Shown here one piece after another: positions 36,501-48,500 of a stretch of DNA of 64,000 bases; the first letter of the stretch is position 1; the number at the start of each line of letters is the position of its first letter. Source of the DNA: Catajapyx aquilonaris (Eukaryota); the NCBI GenBank assembly GCA_000934665.2, contig KZ538540.1:1-64000 (forward strand), in the 5' to 3' direction. Below the pieces are notes generated by a model that was not told the DNA's origin, ran no database searches, and saw nothing but the letters and a program-made list of their open reading frames with translations. Position numbers and translations under genes: made by a program.

Positions 36501-39500
36501 GAGGGAACCCACGGAAACTCTTTCCACATGAGAAATTCATCTGTCCGACATAGGGAAAACTTGGGACCTCCAAGGTGAAGGGTTCTTGCATTAACCACTA
36601 TGCCAATGGGTGGCATTTGGTTTTTCGTGAGGAGTTCCCCCTAACAGGACAGTACTAGTAAATAATTCTTGAAAGATTTAAAATAGTACCATTGAGTAAC
36701 TTTTTGGGTGAGAAATGATGAAGATTGAGCGAGCCCTCCATGAGAGTATATGGAGGTCATGGTCAACAATTATTTTTACAGCTGCTTCTTTCACAATAAA
36801 AACATTTTCTGTTATTGTCCAAGTTTGCAGGCCTATTTCTTACCACTTTTTGTCTTTGGAAGATTGCTAAAAAATATAATATGAGATAAGTGAAAAAAAA
36901 CTATACAGAAACAGTATTACTTTACAAAAGAAAACCCTCCTATCACTTTAAAAGCCACTGTCACATCGTAAATGAAAACCATCAATAGAGGTTTGTCATG
37001 GCCATTTGGAGTGAAATATTGTAGTAAGGTGTACCTTTCATACTGAAAGTTGCCTGAGCTCTATAAAAGGAATAATTGTTGTCAATTGCTTGCTTATTAT
37101 CAGCTACTTGTTGGGAGACACGTAGACTACATGCTAGTACATTACTGTATGACATTTTTACATTTGACGTAACTTGTGAGATTCATGGTACATTGTAATG
37201 CTGTTGTATTATTTTAATATCACTCACCTTTCCAGATATGAGCAAGTAAATATGAATGTTCAGTAATAGTTTATATTCCCATGTGAGTCTCTGTGCCTGA
37301 CAAAACTGTACCACTCTGGTTACCATTTAATCGAATCCGGAAGTTTTTTGCGGTCATTGACCAAAATACCATTAGGAACTTGTCTAGGAATAGCTCCACT
37401 TTCAGCCACTACCAGTGCACTCCATCAAGGTGATGACAAATCTAAGAGGTGCTGTTGTGTATGCTCTTATAGTAAGAATTAATAGGAGCTTACCTATTAG
37501 TAGCACCTTAAGAAAAGAAGCCTAATCAAGAAATGTAAAAATAAAAGAAGGGGAGAGAGAGGGCTTTAGACTTCCTTTTTTTTGCATTTATCTGGCAGAG
37601 AGTCAGATCTAATTTTAGTTCCTACCTTAGGTGTTGGCTTCCCGAACTCAGGCTCCTTCCCTTCCTGCATGTGTGTGTGTAGAGTAGTGAGTTTAGAAAC
37701 TGCTGGGGAAGACTATGGTCTATGGAAAGTGTGTGGAGATGAGTGTGTGGAGTGACAATAAGTTTTTCTTACCTACTCAGTGAAGAGAGTGCTGCTGACC
37801 TTTGGTTTTGTTATAGTTCAAAACTACTGAGGCTGGTGAATCAAGATGTTTAATGTAAGAATGTGCCTCTGTTTAAGAGTGAAAGTGTGCTTAGAGTATT
37901 GCATAGATACAACTGAATCAGATAGTAATATAGTCCGATTTTATATGCACTGCAAACTCGTTTGGCAGGTTATATGAATACTAATTGTGGATAATGATTT
38001 CGTATACGTATTTGCATTACCAAATTTTATAATAATCATATATTTTTCCTTCATTTGTATTCGTACATCTTGCTCTTCCTCGTATTTCTTTTTATTGAGG
38101 ACAAGATTATTTGAATGAACAAACTTGTGTAATATTTTGATTGTCACGCACATTGCAATGTTGAATGATATTAGTTAAATAGAATACCATATAGGTGAGC
38201 AAGTGCCTTTTTTATCTTATTAACATGTGACGTATGGAAAAATTTATCTGGAGAACTATTACATATACGAAGGTCTATTACCTGCCATAATAATAAGGAC
38301 AAGTAATAGTATTAGCAAATGAATAATACCATAGTTTACTGGTTGCAATATATACACTCTTGAAAATTACTCATGTGCCCAAAAAACTGGCTTGCTTCAT
38401 GACTATTTTAAACATTGCACCACCTTGAACAGAGTTGAGGAGTGGAGGCCATTTTGGCTGCAGTAGAGGTATAGGAATGGAGGCCAAAGTGTATGCATGC
38501 ATGGGAACCTCCATAAATAGAGGATTCTGCAAAGGCTTGCTCCAGTTATGTTGACCACAGCATTTGGTTTTCTCAGCCTTCAGATTCAGACCGGTGGCGA
38601 ATGATGCAGGCCAATAGGTCTCCTCAACTACGCCCAGGTCGAAACATGCCTCAGTGGGTCACTGGCCCAGTAAGTCTGTGTGGTGTGATACATATATGCA
38701 TGTATTTGTTTAGAACCATAGTTTACTGGTAGTGGCATTAACAGTTATGAGTTATTTGGGTGTGATTGTAAATTAATTCGTGGAACCTATTAATATCTAC
38801 GAGTAAATGCCGATCTGCAATTCAAAATTACCCCAACTAAGATGAATGATTTCATGGACTATATAACATTTAAGGCAGTAAGTCAGATTCAATGGAAGGT
38901 AGCACCAGCAACAATTGATTGTTAAGTGGGTTGGCATATCCAGATCTGAAATGTGGGTGATAAACCTGATTGTCTGACTAATTAGTCGAGGGATAACGAG
39001 TCTTGTCCATAGAGACTTTGTTAAACAGGCTTTATTATGCAAATACAAGCAATTAATTGTTGAAAATTTTATGCTCATAACATGTGGGATTGGAATAAAA
39101 TTCCAGCTATAATGCTTCATGTAAGTCTTTGTTTTTTAATCACATAGCTGGCTGGAAAGTGCACTCAAAGATAAGTTTATTAATGCTGCTTAGGACTTGC
39201 CATTAAAGCATTAGAATGAAACACTTGATAATATGCTGGTCATGACCTAGTGGTCTGATGCTTTCTCAGAACAACACTCTTGGGTGAAAATCACAGTGGA
39301 ATATGGGCATGGTTCTGGGGGATCATTTGGTAGGTCAAAAAGAAAAATCAGTCAGTGACAAGTACAGTTTCTACAACATGCTTCATGATAATAACATTAC
39401 CTGCATCTGACACTCAATCCGAATCCAATAGCAGAAAGATTAACAGAAACCAACATCTAGCAGATAGGAGAAAAATTATTGTTTTCTCTTGCCTATTGAT

Positions 39501-42500
39501 GAACACTTGAGTTATGTACAGCCCCAAGCATAAAGGAGATGCTGTGGGCCTTCTCTGACCTTCCTTTATCGTACTCAAATTAATGGACTCTCTTTGGCCC
39601 AAGTTAGCTGCTTTAGGCTTGTGCTTGTGTATTTAACACCGGATATTTTTGATATCGTAATGGCAGGGATTGGCAGAGCACCCTGGCGAAGGGGAGGGCC
39701 TGGCGTCTCCAACGTAAAGGTGCATTTACATGTGAGCAATTTGATAGTGCGATAACAGCGCTGAGTAACCCGAGTAACCAGTATTGTTGTAGGCGAAAAT
39801 CGATTGTTACGTTCACCTCAAACAATATTGGTTACGTCACTCAGCGATGACTTCACTCATCAAATCGCGCACATGTAAACGGGGCTTAACCTTTAACTAC
39901 GTAGGTGGAGCCTGAGAGGCTCCAACCACTATTTAAACGCATGTAACTTTTTAATGAAATGTTTTTTTCCCCCTGTCCTTTGATGACTTTGTCACAAAAA
40001 CCTTTCTAAGCATGAAAAGAAGAAAGAAAAATTTTAAGTTGCCATTCTTTGGCTGAAAAAATTCATAACGAGGAACAGGTCCCACCATGGAGCCGCTCAG
40101 GCTCCACCTACGTAGGAAAGGGTGCTGTCGTTTTCCCTATCTACATGGAGAGCTTCTGAATAGGGAAAACGATGGCACCCTTCATTACGTAGGTGCCTGA
40201 GTGGCTCCAGGTGGGACCTGTTCCTTGTTACGATTTTTTTTCTGTCGTATGCTGACTCAGTGTGTGATTTTTACATTTTCGGAAGCCTAATGATCTGAAC
40301 TGCACTTTCTGTATGTGAAAAGTCCAATATAACAATAATTGAGCTGATAAGCAGAGATTTAAATATACCGTCAAGAGCTCTTGATACCGTTGGAACCGCT
40401 CAGGCTCCACCTACGTAGTTAATGTGTTTCGGCCACCTACATAGTTAAGGGTTAATGCTTGGGACTGTACATATGGAGAGCACTGAATACTGTTCAGTGA
40501 TTAATATGAAATGCTTCAAATAGGATATGCTTGAGATTGGTCAATCCCTGCACCTCTTTCTCTCTCCCTCCCTCGCACCTGTCTAAAGTGGAGGAGAGGT
40601 TGAAAGTATTTTGGAAATAAAGAGTGACGTGTGTGTTCCTTTCAGGGCATGTTTATTGGTTTGGGTTAGAGGCAGTTTTTCTTGATGGCCTGCCTATTCA
40701 CAGCCTGAGGGGGAAAAATCATCCAAGATAACATTAAATAAGAGCATGTGCTGCAATGATTAAATTTTAATCCTTGCAGCACATGCTCTTATGGCCAACT
40801 TGAAAGACTAAATTAAAAATTAGTGGTGTGATTAGGGGATTTGGGGTCAAGAGAAAAATGTATGCTCATAGTTACCAGGACTCCCCTGAAAATCATTGGG
40901 CAGTTCCCTTAACAGCACTTACATTACAGCAACTCACATTACAATTCTGGCAACTATTAAACAAGAAAGTCAAAATTTTTGTACTGTTTGCCAAGATCCT
41001 TTTTGTGACTAGATGACTCTGTTTTGCCCATTGCTGTGCAGTCAGTACCAGAATAGGGAGTGTAGGGGAACACATGCAGAAAATGTTCATAATCAGAATT
41101 TGTTGTATGTGGCATGTCTCATCCATGATAGCAGTGGATATTTCACTGTTATTTTGACGTCATATCATTGAAACAAATCACAAAGGCAGCTGCATCATGG
41201 TAACAGCCAAACTGCTGCTTCAACCTGGGACAGACAGCATTAGCATTGTCATCAGTTGTATTGAAATAGCAATATTGGAAGTTAGTATTAACTACACATT
41301 GCAACCACGAACTAATAATGAAAGGCTAGTGAGATCAGTACCTAGGTTTCATTGCCGATCTGGTAGCTGGCCAGTTGCCATTTAATTTAAATCGGGACAA
41401 TTTTCACAATTTCCTCTTTCTCTGGAAATTATGATGGATAATTTTAGCTACAGTTGAATGTCTGCAAATTACCATATTACCTCACATAAAGCGGCATGCC
41501 AGTATAAACGAGGTCAACCAGCATGCCGGTATAACCTGGGGGTGGCCAGCATGCTGCAATAACTGAGAAAATTTCCATGATTTTGATCCTAGTAAAATTT
41601 TTTGGAATGCTCTTGGTACTGTACTGAATAATGTTACGGAGTGTTATGGGGAAAAATCAGCAAGTGTTCAAGGCTGTGAGATGAGCTGTGAGAATATGCA
41701 AGTTCTGTTGCACAGTGCAGAAAGTGTGACCATTGACCAATCCCATCGTCACCCTGCTTTGAGAGGGAAATCCCCTACCTACTCTATTACAAAGAATCCA
41801 GCCAACCACTCCTTCAGTCCTATGTGGTCCTATGCTTTGCTCAATAGCTCGCTAGTTGCAGGTTTCACTGGTTATATACATCAGACCAGGCACATTGGTA
41901 GGTAGCTAATAACAATAGCCTAACATGAGTAATGTTTATAAATGTAAGGGTTAATTTCGAAAAATGGTATCTCCCAAAAAATCAGCGAAGTGGGGATAGT
42001 GAAAGTAACAAGTGCTCGCTGCAGGCTACTCTACAATGCACTGTTGATACAAATTCCTTATTTCTACACACTAATTGAAAAGAGCATTATTAGGGCATGC
42101 CGGTATTAGATTCAGAAAATGTGCCTTTTATGTAGCCTTTTCCCGGATTTCGATTTCAGGCAAATATCAAGTTATGAAAGGCTAATATAAGGGAAAACCT
42201 CGCCTCATACCAGCATACCTCACTTAGACCGGTATGCCGGTATAGCCACCAGATCATGGATTTCTAAAAACTGGTCAACATCAAACCTCATGCCGCTTTA
42301 TGTGAGGCAACATGGTAGAAGGTGAAATTAGTCTTGGCAGTAGTATTAATAGTAGCAACAGTATTAATTGTATTAAATTTAAGGTTTGTAAATAGTGAAA
42401 TTTATCTCTTAGCCAGGTAGACTCCTATCTCTAACTAAACTAGAAACAAGTTTGATCACACTCACCAGTAGTACAAAATTAGTCCACAAATCATATTCTA

Positions 42501-45500
42501 ATTTTTTTTGCCCTTTTTGAAGATTTACTGTTGTTTTGTGGGAAAGAGCTAGTTATGCTTGATAAGTTCTAACTTTACCTGTGTAACTTATGTTTCTACT
42601 AATAATGGCTACATTTTACTACCTTCTTACCATGTAAGTTAGCAAAAAGTTGGTTATTTTCATTCAATTTAGTAGAAGTGTAGCCTGCGAGTCACATGCA
42701 CGATTAGCCAGAGTCACCCAATTACGTCCTCTTCCCGAAATGATCTCTTGGCATCTATTCAGTTAGGTGCTGGCAGTATAATGTATGTTTGCAGTCTTTC
42801 CACGTGTGTGAAACACTTGGCGTCAATGGGTTTAATGTTTAGGTGGACTCATTGAGGAAAAAGTGTTTTCATGGGTTGTTACAAGAGATTAAAATGTTAA
42901 ATGTTGCTTTTTCTGAATGCAAGTTGAACCTTGGAATTAGTAATGTCTTTATGTGTCACAAATTTAACATGTACAAAAATTTGTGCCCATTATCTTTCAG
43001 TGCAATGTACTATTTGTTACAATTAATATTGTTTGGACTTGTGAAACATCATACTCATATTATAGTTGGCCTTACGGGAAGCTGTGAGGAAAAGGACTGT
43101 TTTTAGTGTAGGCATGTAGACACATATTTCCATGGCAGACTCACAGTGTTGGGGAGCAAAGGGATAAAAATAGTGGGCGCCAAAGATGCCTGCTTAGGGG
43201 AGTTCAAAATAGAATTGAGCTTGCCGCCCGAAGGCATATATTTTTTGGGATTTCTTAAAAGAAATTTCCACTGGACAAAACAATCCTATATAAAATAATA
43301 TTCCCTTTCATGTGTAATTTGTAGGTACGGCCTGTGATTCGACCACCCCCAATTCCCAGCACAGAACCTCCAGAATCAGAGTATGAAGAAATTGGGATGC
43401 CAAACCAAAGTTACATTAACACTTCATTTCAAAAGAGGGCAGGTAAGATGGTCCTAACCATATATCATACTTTGAGCCAGCTGTTATCAGTTGCTAAAGT
43501 GTGAACTAATTCAGGTGCTGACAAGGACCTGAAGAGGGGTGATGGGCGTCACTGCGACCTGTGTGGGTGCTCTGCTCCCAAGGTGCGCTGTGAAAAGTGT
43601 AATCAACAGATATTTTGCTTCTCGTGTGATGACATGTACCACAGGCATCCTAAGCGACAGAGTCACTCCAGAAAGGTATGATCCATGGCTTTTAGTCATA
43701 GTAAAACCAGCTTGTAATGAGTGCTGGATTTAGCAGGAACTTGCCTGTCATACAATTTTTGTTTGTATGTGGTTAGCAATTAATTTGTATTGTTATTATC
43801 AGAAACCCTTCCTGTGCAGAAAATCCACACTCGGAAGATTCTTTTTACGACATCATTTATTATCATTGTTAACCTACTTTTTGGTCAAGGTTACATTTAG
43901 TGATATCATCTTTCATGGGAACTATTTGTAAATTCTAGGTGTAAGCCATTTTGATTCTCTGCTGCATGCACAGGAGAATGAAGATACTTTGTAGATGAGT
44001 TTGCTGTGAAAGTTACTCTGCTAAGAATTAAAAGCTAATGTGGAAATTTCCAGGAATGTGAGGAGACAGAGAGGAGTGTTGTTTGATTATTTTATTTTCA
44101 ATAAATCCACTTGGATTGCAAAGTAATATGCAAGTTTAAACTATAACTATTCAGTAGGCTCTGGTATGTGACACTTGAGTAGTCTAGTCCAGTTAAAATT
44201 GCATCACATCAGGGGCCGGTGTAATGGGTGTGCTAAGTTTTCTGTCAAATAGAGCACATACAAGTAAGTGACACTGTCACTAATGTCACCACTTGTGATG
44301 CGAAGTTGTCTGCCAAATGTACTGGAATCATCCTATTACAATAATCATTGACAGGCATGGCATTTTCACATTGTGTTTCAGGTAGGTCTGTTTAGAAAAA
44401 TCTTGTCACCTTAAGACTAGGTAGATGATGAACTGTTAGCTGCCAAATCAATCGAAAAATTTCAAAGAAATGTTACTGCATATAGGCCCTGGACTCAAGG
44501 ACTCCTACACTGCGCCCACCTCTTCCACCAAAGGGTGAGCAACACCAGCCTCCAGTTCCACCTCCAAGGAAACACAAGAGATTTGGATTACGTTCACTGA
44601 CATCTTCACCATTGTTGGGTCGCAGGGACAGTCAGCAGCAACAGCAACATAATGACCAGTCAGAAGTAAGTCTCAGAAAGCCTTTTGGGTGCAGTTTGAA
44701 TTCATTGCCATTTTTAATGTGGGAAATAAGTACGAGAAGGAAGAAGAATAGTCCCTTTCACATTATGCACATGGAACAGTGTTTGGTTTTTTTGTGTTGA
44801 TTTTAACAGTTGCCCAAAAGAGAATTCTCCATCATGGAAAAAGTTGGGAGTTTGAGGAAGTTTATGGGGAGCAGGCCACTGCCTCCTCCTCCTCCTCCCA
44901 AGTCCGAGGGTAAGTTTTTCTTGGGTTTTTAAATGAGTGATTTTATTGGGCTGTCTTTGTAGTTTTGCACCAGTGTTGTAGTAACTTATTATGAAAGTGT
45001 AACTAATTGCTCATTATTTTATACAGGCTGTCTCATTCCAGTTTTTAAAGCATTGACTCTAATAATAATTAATTGACTTGATCTGAGTTTCTAGCATGGA
45101 GTGTCTTTATAGGCTGGTGATAATTCACTAATTCATAGAAGAGGATTCTGAACAACAGAACAGGTAATTTCAGCATGAAGTTGGCCCAAGCTAAGCTTGT
45201 GTAATTTGCTGGAGTTTCCAGCCCTCCTCCCCATACCTGGCCATACTAAGAGGGGTGGAAAACCAAGGAAGCCAATCAAACTTAGCCTTGTCTGACTGTA
45301 ATCTAACTTTAATAACTAATGCTAGTCATTGAAATTAACTTTCTTTGGAAAAGTATTGAATTAAAACTGCTATAATTATTAAACTGTAATTATTATTATA
45401 GCAGTTGAAATGTATAAGTGTGTAGGTGGTAATTGTTTTAAAAACCTGATCTGATACTTGAGCTGGCAGAGACTGCAAATACTGTATATAGTTGCTGCAT

Positions 45501-48500
45501 CCAGTCAAGAGTACTGAAGTAACAGTAATTTTGCACCAGGAGTATGCAAATATGTTAGTTTTAAAAACACCACAAAAGCAGAAATTGAATCAGTATCCTC
45601 TGACTGATCCTTATACGTAAAAGTGAAACTCATATGGATGGCATGGAGGATGTTGAGTTAGCCGCCAGCAGTTCACCGAGGACACAAACAAAAAACTTAA
45701 GTCACCACTAGGTGATGAATGGCATGTTTGTTGGAATGGTTTTAAACTAATACACACTCATTGCATGATGATGTGGTTCTATACGTGTGTTAAAAAGTGG
45801 AATAAACTTATGGCAGGGAACCTTAATTGGGACACCTTATTGCTGATAAAATTTCAATTTGTGAAATACTCTACATATGGATTTAAGTGTAATTATTATT
45901 ACAAAAAAGGAAACTTGGAGTAACCCGATTAAAACAAAGCAACCTATTTTCTTCTGACTGATTACAAATGCCATAGAAAGAGTATGCTACAGTCAATGTC
46001 ACTCTTGCTACAAGAAAAGGTATGCCATTTGAAGTAATAAGCCACATGCAATTTGCTAATTATTATTGCAGCTGTCCATGAGATGTCACACAATCCCACA
46101 TTGGAATTGGAACCAGAAAGCATGCAACAGCATCCTGGTTTTCGGCATGAATTTGGTCCTTCTATGCGACAGACATCGTTCAAAATGGCCCAAAGAATGG
46201 GCCAACCTGACACCATGTGGCCTCAGCAACAGGCACTCAATCATGCACCTTCCCTGCCTCCTAGAACATCAAACATCCCTCCCCACACCAACTCAAGTAT
46301 CCCTCTCTCTGTGATGGAAATGAGTGAACTAGAAGCAAACCAAAGCAGGAGGATACCTGTGAGTGGAAATGGAAGCTGCCTTTCAAACCAAAGTGACCAG
46401 TTGGTAAGTAGACCTAAGGCTGCTTCACAAATTTGGCCGAAAATGAGCAAGGAGGGAATACAGCATTTTTCAAAATTAGTAACATGATGATTAAAACAAA
46501 TAATCATTAGTACCGGTAATATATGTGATTCACATCTGTCCATGTGACATCCAGTAATACTAAATTTCAGTAACTGTTAATCAGTCGCAAGAGGGGTAAA
46601 AGTACTGCAATTAGTGTGTTACCAGTGCATCTACTAATCATATAGTATTGATTCATTGTGAATGCATTGTAATATTTAACCCTCAGACTTTTATTCATAG
46701 GAATACCTCATTATGGTCTATGGCCCATCACTGAGCTATTACAGACAACTGTTAAAATTACAGGAACTGTTAAAAAATTCAAATTCTTTATTCGTGCTTT
46801 ATGGTGAGTTACAATATGTTTATGGAGGTAAATGGCCATGCGATATTTTGTTAGCCATTAAGTGGGTCATGGTCCAAAAGTATAGAAACTGAGAGTCTTA
46901 GCTTCACTCCCTCTTGCTAAACAATTTTGTCAATTGGACCTTTTCCCACCTTATGTAATGTGGATCCAAATCCACTCCTCATGTTGCAATTCATCTGACT
47001 TCTAAACTTATCCAACTCTCCCCTAGAAGCATTATGTAATTTATGGACACTCCGTGAATACGTATCACTAAATTCTAAAATTAGAATGGGTTTTTTGTAG
47101 AAATAATGTCATCTTTGTAAAAAATTTCTGGTCATATAAAATGCTAAAGCTGGCTCCGTTCTTTGTAGATGTGGTGTGATCTTACTTCATAAAGCAGCAT
47201 TGTGAAATTACATTGTGTGTATCTTTACTACAGCCTTCAAGTAGAGACAGTGGCTACCCAGATTGGGAAGCTGAGAGGATGGAGATTCGACGCCATTCTG
47301 CAGCTGGTGAATGGGCTACTACTGGGAGATTGCCCCAAGGGCCACCCAGAACCAATCCTGGACCTCCATTTGCCACCAGGAGAAGGAGAAGTGACATGCC
47401 CAATCCCTTCCAGCAGCAGACAGGACAAAGGAGTCCCTTCTTTGGCAGAGGGATGGTGCAAAGTGCTTCAGTCAGTGACTTGCAAGCAGCTAATATGACT
47501 TTCCATCCTGGAATGCATCAGGTTGGTACCTTATATGATTACTGTATATTTTTTTTGCGTAGAATTTAAGGTGTAAAATATAATGCAATGCTACCATAAT
47601 AGTAGGAAAAAAGTATTTAAAAAGTATACAAGTATTTAAAAAAATTTACATGTCACAAGGCCTTTCAGTGACTAAATCATATTAAAGTTGTGAACTGTTT
47701 AGTGAAATTATGAGTACTCTTTTAACATGTGGGCATCATTAAAAAAAAATTGATGTGTACATTAAGACAGAAGATAGACACATGGTTGGGCTGAGGCTAA
47801 ATAAATGGTACTGCAAGGGAATGTTGCCATGCTGCATTCTTGTGACCAATTTTTAACATGTCGATATTTTTAATCCAGGCCCAGTCCATATCACACCTCA
47901 ACTGTCCAACCTGCCACAACATATGGGTTTCACCTGATTCTTGGAGCAGCCCATGCACCCAGCATGGACCTATGGGATACACCAATGGAACTCTGAAGCG
48001 CACTCCCAGTGTGGGATTTGTGGATGCCCCTTGGCCACCCCACATGTATCCCTACCACCTTCCCCAATTTGGTGTCCCTCCTCCTCCTGCTCCACCACCC
48101 ATCCCCCCACAGGAACGTCCCGGCTCTCCTGCTGTTAGTCACCGATCACACCGCTCTCAAAAGGCAGGGAAGGGCAGAAAGCCCCGCAGGAAGGCACGAA
48201 GGGGTGGTACAGAGTCAGATGAGATGTACTCAGCAGCCAAGACAGAGTCGTCAGATGATGAGGGATCATCCAGAGAGAGGGTACCAACACCGAAGCATGC
48301 ATGGCAGTGCCGTCACTGCACGCTAATCAATGCAGGAGGTACACGGGTGTGTGCTGTGTGTTGTAAGACATACCAAGGAAAAGGTCATAAGGCGAGGAGA
48401 AGCTCAGAAGATGACAGAGAGGAGAAGGAAGAGGAGGCACTGGGCCCCAAGATTAGCTTGCGGCAACCTAAGGCGAATCAATTAGCATCTGATCTGCAGA

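Noticed and set aside
37236..37290. Acceptor-like site in the RNF31 intron after the PUB exons
   Set aside because: In phase 0 it reads ATA TGA (immediate stop); the acceptor at 38577 gives the continuous frame.
39890..40451. Spaced repeats resembling a CRISPR array
   Set aside because: Eukaryotic context, irregular spacing, mixed orientation, bounded by TIRs and TTAA: transposon subterminal repeats.
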